Shown here: piece by piece, positions 31,404-39,097 of the stretch | Numbering within the stretch: the first letter of the stretch is position 1 | Layout: every line of letters starts with the position of its first letter | Assembly: GCA_964436805.1 (NCBI GenBank) | Contig: CAYTEG010000002.1 | Coordinates: 1,916-41,012, forward strand | Source of the DNA: an uncultured Candidatus Saccharibacteria bacterium | GTDB lineage: Bacteria > Patescibacteriota > Saccharimonadia > Saccharimonadales > EFPC-124 | Direction of reading: 5' to 3' | DNA length: 39,097 nt | Translations under genes and position numbers: made by a program | The notes under the pieces: generated by a model | The model's database searches: none | What the model was told of the DNA's origin: nothing | What the model saw: the letters and a program-made list of their open reading frames with translations, nothing else

Positions 31404-31832
31404 CTACAGCCCGGCCTTGTCGACGGCCGCCTTGATGCGGTCGAAGACGGCGCGTTGCGCGGCCTGTGCGTGTTCGGACGACGACCCAGCGGCCGTCACC
31501 GCGACGCGTGCGCCGCTGTGCAGCTCGAACCCCATGACTCCAGCTTCCAGGGTTCCTTGGTATAGGTACGCCATGGCCGCCGTTTTCATTGCGCTGCTGG
31601 TGGCATCGGTCGTCTGCGCCGCAACAGCGCCCTTCGTGTCGCCGCCAAGCAGGCTCATGATGCCCAGCTTGTCTGCGCCCGGGGCGGGGCTGCAGTAGCG
31701 GGCGCTGAGTATCAGGTAGCCGTCAACCGGCGCCCGTTGCGCGTGGATTGCCGCCTCGGCGACATCGGTAAGCAGCTCCAACGTTTGGGATGCGCTGCCA
31801 GGCACGGCCGTCGGTTGTCCCATCATCGGCAT
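31404..31832 (-). CDS. Hypothetical 142-aa protein (very weak GlcG/HbpS-DUF336-like pattern)
   Basis: GC-rich ORF. SAMKTAAMAYLYQ and ARVAVTAAGSSSEHAQAAQRAV loosely echo the DUF336 KArTA and GAIGVSG..D..A motifs, from memory only. Confidence 0.45.
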   Translation of the reverse strand: MPMMGQPTAVPGSASQTLELLTDVAEAAIHAQRAPVDGYLILSARYCSPAPGADKLGIMSLLGGDTKGAVAAQTTDATSSAMKTAAMAYLYQGTLEAGVMGFELHSGARVAVTAAGSSSEHAQAAQRAVFDRIKAAVDKAGL

Positions 31833-31877
31833 GGGTTTTACTCCTTTGGGTTCGATGGTGCAAATAAAACTATATGA

Positions 31878-32846
31878 TTATTTTTGGGTGTTGTAAAGGT
31901 CTGCAATAATCACTTCGAGCGGCACTTGCTCGATGGTTATATCTTGTAGCGGGAACTCGTCGGCGATCGTTGATGCCTCGTGCATTGTTTTTGATTTTTG
32001 CACGCCAATGACCGCGACGCCATCTTTTAAGCTCACCAGCTTGCCGTGTTTTTTAAGGTAGTCGGCGGTGGGAGTTTTGCCGGCGAATTCCATGCGCGCA
32101 TAGCGGATGTCGGCGTATTGCTCGTTAAGGCTGGCCATCGAATCGTCGTACATAATTATGCCGTGGTTAATAACGACCACGCGGTCGCAAATACCGGCGA
32201 TATCGTCCATGTCGTGGCTGGTTAGCAGCAACGTTTTGCCTTCGTTTTTGTGCAAATGGCGCAAAAAATCGCGCACGTTATTTTTGCTGGCGATGTCGAG
32301 CCCAATGGTTGGTTCGTCTAAAAACAAAATTTGCGGGTCGTGCAGTATTGCGGCGATCAGCTCCAGCTTCATGCGCTCGCCCAAACTTAAACGGCGCACC
32401 TGGGTGTCGAGCACGTGGCCAACGTTAAGCATGGCAGTCAGCTCGGCGACACGTTTTTTGGCCGTGGCTTCGGGGATGCTGTAGATTTTTTGCAGCAGAC
32501 CAAACGATTGGCGGGCGCTTAAATCCCAGTTTAGGCCGGCGCGGTTGCCCATTACCAGGCCAATTTTACGCAAAAAGTCGTAGTTGCGGTCGAACGGAGT
32601 GTACCCGAGCACGCTGACTTCGCCGCCGCTTGGGTAAATAAGCCCGGTCAGCATTTTTGTGGTGGTTGTTTTGCCGGCGCCGTTGGGGCCTAAAAACGCT
32701 ACCGACTCGCCTTTTGCAATCGCAAAACTTACGTCTTCGACGGCGTGTTTATATTGCCAGTCGGGTTTAAATATGCCGCTGATTACTTTTTTGTTGCCGC
32801 GGCTGCGGTATGTTTTGCGTAGGTTGGTGACGGTAATTGCTGACAT
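31878..32846 (-). CDS. ABC transporter ATP-binding protein (ABC-2 exporter type)
   Basis: Walker A GPNGAGKTTT, signature LSLGERMKL, Walker B ILFLDEPT, H-loop TSHDM. Confidence 0.9.
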   Translation of the reverse strand: MSAITVTNLRKTYRSRGNKKVISGIFKPDWQYKHAVEDVSFAIAKGESVAFLGPNGAGKTTTTKMLTGLIYPSGGEVSVLGYTPFDRNYDFLRKIGLVMGNRAGLNWDLSARQSFGLLQKIYSIPEATAKKRVAELTAMLNVGHVLDTQVRRLSLGERMKLELIAAILHDPQILFLDEPTIGLDIASKNNVRDFLRHLHKNEGKTLLLTSHDMDDIAGICDRVVVINHGIIMYDDSMASLNEQYADIRYARMEFAGKTPTADYLKKHGKLVSLKDGVAVIGVQKSKTMHEASTIADEFPLQDITIEQVPLEVIIADLYNTQK

Positions 32847-32854
32847 ATAATCCT

Positions 32855-33658
32855 TTACGATGACACCGAAGTGTAATTACGAAGCGCATGTTTCCATAAT
32901 AATTGGGCGGCGATGGCCGAAAGTATAGCAGCGCCGACAATAACGGCCACAACTTCAAACCCGCCGGCTTTCATAAGTATAACCTCGCTCGACGCGCCGG
33001 CAATAATAATTTGCGGAAACACCACAAGCGCGCCGATTTTAATTGCCAGCGGCAGTTTTGTATACGGCACTTGGCTCATCTGCGTGATCGAATAAAAGGC
33101 GTTAAGCGTGTCGGTCGCCTCGCCGCTTTTAAATACCGGCAGGGTGAGCGCCAGCAAAATGGTGTTGCAAATGACAATACCGCTGAGCCACACAAGCACG
33201 CCAAACAAAAGCGACAGCGGGCTTATGGCGAGCGCCGTCCAATTAATTATGACGCCCAAAATAAGCATGCTCGGCAGCGCGGTTAAAAGCAGTTCGTACA
33301 TCGACATGCCGCTAATGTACAAAAACGCGCGGTGCGGCACTGGTTTAAGCAACATTAAGTCAAAGTTGCCGTTACGCACAGTGCGCATGATATTTTGCAT
33401 TGGGTAAAAAATGCCGTAATAACAGATGTAAAATCCAAACTGCGATATAAAATATAAAAACAAAAAGTCGTTTTTAGAATAGCCCGCAAAATGCCCGATG
33501 CGCGCATACAGTTGGTCGATAAAAAGCAAAAACATTACGTTATATACGAGTTTTGTCAGTATCCCAAGCCAAAAGTTACCTAAGTAGGCGCGCTCTGCAC
33601 GGATTTGTTCGGCGAAAGCGGTGCCTATAAGCTGGCCGGCACGGGTGAGGCGGTTCAT
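32855..33658 (-). CDS. ABC-2 family permease
   Basis: 267 aa, 6 predicted TM helices. ATG at 33658 overlaps the upstream permease stop (ATGA). Confidence 0.75.
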   Translation of the reverse strand: MNRLTRAGQLIGTAFAEQIRAERAYLGNFWLGILTKLVYNVMFLLFIDQLYARIGHFAGYSKNDFLFLYFISQFGFYICYYGIFYPMQNIMRTVRNGNFDLMLLKPVPHRAFLYISGMSMYELLLTALPSMLILGVIINWTALAISPLSLLFGVLVWLSGIVICNTILLALTLPVFKSGEATDTLNAFYSITQMSQVPYTKLPLAIKIGALVVFPQIIIAGASSEVILMKAGGFEVVAVIVGAAILSAIAAQLLWKHALRNYTSVSS

Positions 33659-34443
33659 ATGCCGGTCGCCTCGTAGTGGCGCAGGCCCGACTTCCACAAT
33701 TTAATGCTCGCAAATAATAGCGCCACCGCCCACAGGCTGCCAACCAAAATGTCATTCCAATCTGGCAAATGCCTGCCCTGCAACACAACCGCCAAATGGT
33801 ACATGCTTGCCGGGAATGGCGTGAGCATTAAAATATGCGCAAAGCCGGGGTGCATAAGATAAATCGGCATGCGTTCGCCGCGCAAAAAGCTGGCCAAATG
33901 CAAAAAGGCGTTCTTTAAGTTGCGGGCGTCAGTTAAATAAAACGCGGCGGCGCTTAGCATAATGTTAAATGCGGCGTTTAGCGCGGCGGCGTTAAAAAAT
34001 ACCGGCAGCAAAAATGGCAGCGACTGGGGTTTTAGGCCGCCCATAACTATAATGCCGATCACAATTTGGACAACGCCAAACAAAATGTTTATAACGTTGC
34101 GGCCGGTGCGCAGCGCCCACGGGTATAAAATTGGGTTGATTGGCCGAATAAGCGTTTGGCTCAGCTCGCCCGATTTTATAAGCTCGATTGTCATGCCAGC
34201 AATTCCAAACCCGGCATAAAAAAATGGCGTGAGCCCGGTGATAATAAGATAATAGCCAATAATATCGGTGGCGCTGACGCTGCCAGGCGCGGCAAATTGT
34301 GATACGACCAACCAAAATGTGCCGTATAAAATCGCCTCAGAAAAGCGCGAAAATACCCCGGCGACAATCTCGAGCGGATACGCCTTAAAACGCTGCGCCT
34401 CAAACCAGCACATATGCGCCCACAACTGCATTTGGTTCAACAT
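33655..34443 (-). CDS. ABC-2 family permease
   Basis: 262 aa, polytopic. First gene of the permease-permease-ATPase operon. Confidence 0.75.
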   Translation of the reverse strand: MLNQMQLWAHMCWFEAQRFKAYPLEIVAGVFSRFSEAILYGTFWLVVSQFAAPGSVSATDIIGYYLIITGLTPFFYAGFGIAGMTIELIKSGELSQTLIRPINPILYPWALRTGRNVINILFGVVQIVIGIIVMGGLKPQSLPFLLPVFFNAAALNAAFNIMLSAAAFYLTDARNLKNAFLHLASFLRGERMPIYLMHPGFAHILMLTPFPASMYHLAVVLQGRHLPDWNDILVGSLWAVALLFASIKLWKSGLRHYEATGI

Positions 34444-34512
34444 ACAAAGGTATTATAGAGGTTTGGCCGCACATGCGAAAGCTCGGTGCTATAATGAGTG
34501 CGGAGGGAACCC

Positions 34513-35094
34513 ATGATAACTATTAAAATTATTATCGGCTCGACGCGCCCCAATCGTTTTGGGCCGCATATCGCAAACTGGTTTATGCAGCTCGCCGCAA
34601 AGCGCACCGACGCGCAGTTTGAACTTATCGACCTTAAGCAAGTGAACCTCCCGTTTTTAGATGAGCCAAAACAACCGTCCGAAGGTAATTACGAGCTTGA
34701 GCACACCAAAGCCTGGGCAAAAATTATTGGCGAGGCCGACGGTTTTGTGTGGGTGCACCCCGAATATAATCACGGTATAAACCCGGCGCTTAAAAATGCC
34801 ATCGATTTTTTGTGGGCCGAATGGCACAACAAGCCCGTCGCCCTGGCGGGTTACGGCGCCGAGGCTGGCGCTGCGCGGGCAGCCGAACAATTACGTTCGG
34901 TGGCTGTCGCGGTTAAAATGTTCCCGCTGCGCTCGGCGTTTACGCTTGCGAGCTACCGGCAATTTGTCAATGACGCCGGCGAGTTTGTGCCGACCGACGT
35001 ACACACTAACATCGCAAATGGTATGCTCGACGAACTTGTATTTTGGACAGGGCAGTTTAAGCGCGCCCGCGCCGAGCTCGCTGATAAAAAATAA
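34513..35094 (+). CDS. NADPH-dependent FMN reductase family protein
   Basis: IKIIIGSTRPNRFG, WVHPEYNHGINPALKNAIDF and KPVALAGYG. SD ggaggg 6 nt upstream of the ATG at 34513. Confidence 0.8.
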   Translation: MITIKIIIGSTRPNRFGPHIANWFMQLAAKRTDAQFELIDLKQVNLPFLDEPKQPSEGNYELEHTKAWAKIIGEADGFVWVHPEYNHGINPALKNAIDFLWAEWHNKPVALAGYGAEAGAARAAEQLRSVAVAVKMFPLRSAFTLASYRQFVNDAGEFVPTDVHTNIANGMLDELVFWTGQFKRARAELADKK

Positions 35095-35136
35095 CCGCTT
35101 GCGCTTGCGGGCACGAGTTGTCATACTGAAGTTATT

Positions 35137-36261
35137 ATGAAAGTTACCGTCGACGTCGAAACAAAAACAGTTGTGCGCGTGCTCATGGCCGTTGGGGTGT
35201 TTGTCGGCATCATATTTATGGTGTGGCGCATTTGGCCGGCGTTAATTTTGGTGCTTATTTCGATGATTCTGGCGCTGGCGCTTAACCAGCCCATAAGCAT
35301 GATTGCCAATAAACTGCCGGGTAAAAACCGCATACTCGCCACGACTGCCGCCTTTTTGGTGGTACTTGGCATTTTGGGCACATTTATTTATGTTGCCGTT
35401 CCGCCGGTTGTCGACCAAACGACAAAATTTGTCGAAAACCTGCCGCAATATGTTGCCCAGCTGCGTGAGCGCGGCGGCCCTGTTGCCGATTTTATTAACC
35501 ACTATGGCCTGCAAGACCAAGTAAACCAGCTGGTTGTCGGGGCGCAGCAACAGGCTGGCAACATCGCCCAGGGTGTGGGCAGCTCGGTGGTTAATGGTAT
35601 TGCGTCGTTCTTTAACGGCTTTGTGACACTGCTTACTATTTTGGTACTTACCTTCTTAATGCTTGTCGAAGGCCCGCGCTGGGTCGAGCGTTTTTGGAAC
35701 CTCTACACCGACGACGACCGCCTTGCGCGCCACCAACGCCTTGCTGGTAAAATGTACAAAGTGGTGAGCGGCTACGTGAACGGCCAGGTTGTGGTTGCCG
35801 GTATTGCGGCTGGCCTGGGGTTGGCGACACTTCTTATATTAACGTCGTTCTTTAATGTGCCAGTGACGGCGGTGATCCCGCTTACTGGGGTTATATTTAT
35901 TACCGACCTCATCCCGCTTATTGGCGCGACTATTGGCGCGATCATCATTATTATTGTGCTGCTGTTTAGCGACCCCGCCGCGGCGCTTGCCTTCTTAATT
36001 TACTTTGTGATTTACCAGCAAGTCGAAAACAATTTTATACAGCCATTGGTACAGTCGCGCACAGTGGCGCTGAGCGCACTTTCGGTGCTTGTGGCGTTAA
36101 TTTTAGGCATTACATTGTTGGGGCTGCTCGGCGGTATTTTAGCAATCCCGCTTGCTGGCTGCATACGGGTGTTGTTGCTCGACTACATGGAACACCGCAA
36201 ACACAAAGCAAACACCAAAAAAATGGGTTTGCTGGCGCGGTTGACCAGCCAAAAATCTTAA
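35137..36261 (+). CDS. AI-2E family transporter (PerM/UPF0118)
   Basis: 374 aa, about 8 TM. Typical TDLIPLIGATIGAIIIII and FIQPLVQSR segments. Confidence 0.8.
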   Translation: MKVTVDVETKTVVRVLMAVGVFVGIIFMVWRIWPALILVLISMILALALNQPISMIANKLPGKNRILATTAAFLVVLGILGTFIYVAVPPVVDQTTKFVENLPQYVAQLRERGGPVADFINHYGLQDQVNQLVVGAQQQAGNIAQGVGSSVVNGIASFFNGFVTLLTILVLTFLMLVEGPRWVERFWNLYTDDDRLARHQRLAGKMYKVVSGYVNGQVVVAGIAAGLGLATLLILTSFFNVPVTAVIPLTGVIFITDLIPLIGATIGAIIIIIVLLFSDPAAALAFLIYFVIYQQVENNFIQPLVQSRTVALSALSVLVALILGITLLGLLGGILAIPLAGCIRVLLLDYMEHRKHKANTKKMGLLARLTSQKS

Positions 36262-37661
36262 AGGCTTCTAAACCAAATGGTAGCGATTGGGGTGTCGCGC
36301 AGTTCAATTTTTTGCGTGCTGAGTTTTTTGCGTAGTTCGTCGGCTTTGGCAAAATCTTTGTCTGCGCGCGCTGTTTCGCGCTGGGCAATAAGCGCTTTTT
36401 GTTCGGCGGTAATATCGCCCCCTTGGCCAAGGCGCAGCCCAAATACGCGGTCGATGAACGCTATAAAATGGTCAAATACTTCGCGCGCTTCGGGTGCGAC
36501 GAGCCGTGACTCTGCTGCGCCGACAAGATCGCTCAGCGCTGCCAATGCTTCGGGCGTGTGTAAATCTTCTTGTAACTCTTCGAAGATAACTTGCTTTGTT
36601 TGTACAAATGTCGAGGCGTCAATCTCGCCGCCATCGACGGTTTGAAACCGTAAATCGGCAAACGCCTGCAAGCTTTGGCGCCGCTGCCGCGCGGCTTCGA
36701 GCCCGCCCATGGTAAAATTGGCCTGGCTGCGGTAATGGCTTTGCAAAAGGAGCATGCGTAAATCGAGTGCGTCAAATCCTTTTTTTGCGAGGTCGTGCAG
36801 CAAAATATTTTCGCCTGCGCTTTTAGATATTTTAGCGCCGTCGATCATTAGGTGGTTGCCGTGCAGCCAAAAACGGGCAAACTGCTTGCCGGTAACGGCT
36901 TCGGATTGTGCGATTTCGTTTATGTGGTGCACGGGCAGGTGTTCTTTGCCGCCGGTGTGGATATCGAGCGTTTCGCCCAAATATTTCATGGCCATCGCCG
37001 AACATTCAATGTGCCAACCCGGGAAGCCTTTGCCCCATGGGCTCTCCCATTCCATGTCGCGGTGTTGGCCGGTTGGTGTGAACTTCCATAAAGCGAAATC
37101 GGTAGCATTACGCTTTTGTGGGTTCATGGCCACACGCGCGCCAGCCTGCAGGTTTTTAACATCGAGCCGCGCCAGCTCGCCGTAGTGCGCAAATTTTGAG
37201 GTGTCGAAATACACACCGTCGTCAATAATGTAGGTGTAGCCTTTTTGTTCGAGTTTTTTTACCAAGTCGATTTGTTCGGCAATGTGGTCGGTGGCGCGCA
37301 CTACGTGGCTCGGAGATTGGATGTTAAGTTCTTTTATACCTTCTAAAAAGTCGTCCATGTAAAACTTGGCGACATCCCAGGCGCTTTTGCCTTCGCGGCG
37401 CGCGCCTTTCTCTAACTTATCTTCGCCTTCGTCGGCGTCGCTCACCAAATGGCCGACGTCGGTGATGTTCATGACCCAGTCGACGGCAAGGCCGGATTCT
37501 TGCAGCGTGCGCACCAAAGTATCCCAACGCACATATGCGCTGTAATTACCAATATGCTGGTAGTTGTAAACGGTCGGGCCGCAGGTGTACAAACTAACTT
37601 CGCCAGGTTCTTGCGGCGTAAAATGTTCGAGTTTTCGGGTAAGGCTGTTGTAGAGTTGCAT
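36258..37661 (-). CDS. cysS: Cysteine--tRNA ligase
   Basis: CGPTVYNYQHIGN (HIGH-class motif), GWHIECS (zinc/cysteine site), KISKS (KMSKS variant). Confidence 0.95.
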   Translation of the reverse strand: MQLYNSLTRKLEHFTPQEPGEVSLYTCGPTVYNYQHIGNYSAYVRWDTLVRTLQESGLAVDWVMNITDVGHLVSDADEGEDKLEKGARREGKSAWDVAKFYMDDFLEGIKELNIQSPSHVVRATDHIAEQIDLVKKLEQKGYTYIIDDGVYFDTSKFAHYGELARLDVKNLQAGARVAMNPQKRNATDFALWKFTPTGQHRDMEWESPWGKGFPGWHIECSAMAMKYLGETLDIHTGGKEHLPVHHINEIAQSEAVTGKQFARFWLHGNHLMIDGAKISKSAGENILLHDLAKKGFDALDLRMLLLQSHYRSQANFTMGGLEAARQRRQSLQAFADLRFQTVDGGEIDASTFVQTKQVIFEELQEDLHTPEALAALSDLVGAAESRLVAPEAREVFDHFIAFIDRVFGLRLGQGGDITAEQKALIAQRETARADKDFAKADELRKKLSTQKIELRDTPIATIWFRSL

Positions 37662-37717
37662 GATTAAAGCTCCGTTACTTTTATAGTAGCAAAAGTCGAG
37701 GCTTTAACACGAACCAA

Positions 37718-38710
37718 TCACGCCTTGTGCTCCCGCAAAATTTTGTCGACTGCGCCAATAAGTTCGTTTTTTACTTCTTGGTAGTTGTCGCTGTAGGTGC
37801 GAAAGCCCGCAACATACGGGTGGCCGCCGCCGCCAAAAAACCGCGCGATGTCTTCGGCGATTTTATACCCAGGGTTGGCACGGATTTTACCAGTAATTTT
37901 GCCGTCGGGGTACGATTTTGTGCAAATCGCCACTTTTACATCGTCGACCAAGCGCATTTCGTCGATCACCAACATGCTTGGGTTGTATTTGGCGCTGTAT
38001 TTGGTGATTTCTTCCCAGGGGATGTGCACCAACGCCAGCTGGCCGTCGGCAAAATATTCGACCCGCTGCAAAAGTTCGCCTTTATAGGCCAAAATTTGCG
38101 GGGACTTTTTCATGAATTCGCGGCGGCGGGAGTCGATGGTCGCTAAGCTGGCGCCGCCTTCAACAAGTTCGGCCACGACGCGAATGCTATTGGCAGTGGT
38201 GTTTTCGGTGATTAACCCTAAACTGTCGGCCATAATGCTGATTGCCAGGTTTTCGCAGGCTTGGGGGTTTAGCTTCCAGCCGTTTGCTTTGGCCATGTCG
38301 TAAATAAGTTCGCCGGTCGCAACTTTTTTGGCGTCGATAACGGCGACGTGGTCGAACGGAATCGTGCCTTCGGTGGTGTGGTGGTCGATCACAACACTTG
38401 GCTTACTGCTAAGCTGCGCCAAATTTGCCGGCACAATGGCGCGCTCAAGCAAAGTTGCGCTGGCGGTGTCGACGACAATGCTCAGGTCGAAATCGCGCGG
38501 CAATTCGTCGACGACTCTATCCCAGCCTTTTATATACCCCAAATAACTGCCAATTTGCACCGGGCAGTACATAATGACTTTTTTGCCCATGTCGCCTAAA
38601 ATTTCTTCGAGCGCGACCGAGCTGCCAACACTGTCGCCGTCGGGGTTTTCGCCCTGAATGACGACGATTGTGCCTGCTTGTTCGATAATTTCTTTTGCTT
38701 TGCTAAACAT
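37718..38710 (-). CDS. nrnA: DHH/DHHA1 phosphoesterase, NrnA-type oligoribonuclease/pAp phosphatase
   Basis: GENPDGDSVGS, VVDTA, VVIDHHTT (DHH) and FGGGGHPYVAG (DHHA1 GGGH). Confidence 0.85.
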   Translation of the reverse strand: MFSKAKEIIEQAGTIVVIQGENPDGDSVGSSVALEEILGDMGKKVIMYCPVQIGSYLGYIKGWDRVVDELPRDFDLSIVVDTASATLLERAIVPANLAQLSSKPSVVIDHHTTEGTIPFDHVAVIDAKKVATGELIYDMAKANGWKLNPQACENLAISIMADSLGLITENTTANSIRVVAELVEGGASLATIDSRRREFMKKSPQILAYKGELLQRVEYFADGQLALVHIPWEEITKYSAKYNPSMLVIDEMRLVDDVKVAICTKSYPDGKITGKIRANPGYKIAEDIARFFGGGGHPYVAGFRTYSDNYQEVKNELIGAVDKILREHKA

Positions 38711-38754
38711 GTCGCCTTATTGTACCAGTTTTTGGCGGCTGCGTCTTGAGGGGT

Positions 38755-38782
38755 GCCCCGCCCATGTGGTGACGGGCGGGGC
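38755..38782 (-). terminator. GC-rich hairpin 3' of the right-edge cassette
   Basis: gccccgccc (38755-38763) / gggcggggc (38774-38782), loop atgtggtgac. The reverse complement of this loop resembles the loop of the 23690 and 25239 modules. Confidence 0.45.
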
Positions 38783-38792
38783 GACCGAGCGG

Positions 38793-39097
38793 TTAATCGA
38801 TGCTGATGACTGCGCCTTCGGCGATGACTCTGTGCAAGACCTTGCCGATGGCCCGGTTGTTCATGTGCACGACTATCCATTTGGGCCAGTCGCCGCCCAG
38901 CCGGAACCAACCATCCACCCCTGTTTCGTCGGTTACTTTGCGGGCCTCTCCTTCGTTGTTGCGACGCGCGATAACCGTGAATTCGCCGCGCAGGAGGTAA
39001 AACCGCACCATTTCTTTGTCGTCATCGAACACTGGGCTTTGGCGGGTGAGTATGCGCCACACGTTCTCGTGCTCGATGAGCTTCAGCTGGCGTGCCG
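38793..39097 (-). CDS. Hypothetical GC-rich protein, 5' end outside the window
   Basis: The frame stays open upstream of the GTG at 39062 to the window edge (..ARQLKLIEHENVWRILTRQSPVFDDDKEMVRFYLLRGEF...). No family recognised. Confidence 0.5.
   Translation of the reverse strand, partial: ARQLKLIEHENVWRILTRQSPVFDDDKEMVRFYLLRGEFTVIARRNNEGEARKVTDETGVDGWFRLGGDWPKWIVVHMNNRAIGKVLHRVIAEGAVISID

Noticed and set aside
1-39097. Search for tRNA, rRNA, tmRNA, RNase P, SRP RNA, CRISPR repeats, transposase or integrase genes, and prophage structural genes
   Set aside because: No T-arm (GGTTCGA-type) in a plausible cloverleaf context, no regularly spaced direct repeats, no recognisable RNA consensus blocks, and no recombinase-like ORF were seen. 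This was an eye scan only, so small RNAs could be missed.

Overview
39,097-bp window of a compact bacterial chromosome. By hand counts on sampled 60-nt lines the backbone is about 48% GC. Genes often overlap by 1-11 nt (ATGA-type junctions) and promoters are AT-rich and sigma70-like. I recognised no rRNA, tRNA, CRISPR array, transposase or integrase. The lineage cannot be fixed from the sequence. A small-genome monoderm, for example CPR/Saccharibacteria-like, is only a guess.

Backbone genes:
- a large surface protein with a zincin HExxH domain and a VWD/GDPH domain (partial, absent from the supplied ORF track)
- a poly-gamma-glutamate locus, pgsC(duplicated)-pgsB-CHAP-pgsA
- an NAD(P)-binding oxidoreductase
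- an orphan Cache-like histidine kinase
- a KwaB-like (DUF4868) gene followed by a 4-TM gene
- an unusual KsgA/Erm-type rRNA methyltransferase fused to peptide deformylase
- an HxlR regulator plus MFS pump
- typA/bipA, a short-form mgtE, a DEAD-box helicase and an FNR-like reductase
- a large propeller-type surface protein
- an OmpR/HK two-component pair
- an ABC-2 exporter, an FMN reductase, an AI-2E permease, cysS and nrnA

Interleaved with these are at least nine visibly GC-richer cassettes of one to three genes (63-65% GC in sampled lines). All but one of their genes are on the minus strand. Each cassette has a GC-rich 3' hairpin, and several have a readable AT-rich promoter. They comprise:
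- a translationally coupled pair of LSDAT/SLOG-like paralogues
- two Arg-rich paralogues divergent from a Cys-rich 3-TM protein
- a lipoprotein
- a 199-aa cytoplasmic protein driven by a perfect consensus promoter
- three stand-alone pseudo-receiver genes bracketing mgtE that share a repeated terminator module
- a 142-aa protein
- a partial ORF at the right edge

The best candidate for an undescribed system is the divergent locus 9758-12942. There the SLOG pair and the KwaB-like/4-TM module are driven from back-to-back promoters. All family assignments are from motif reading by eye and need profile or structure searches.
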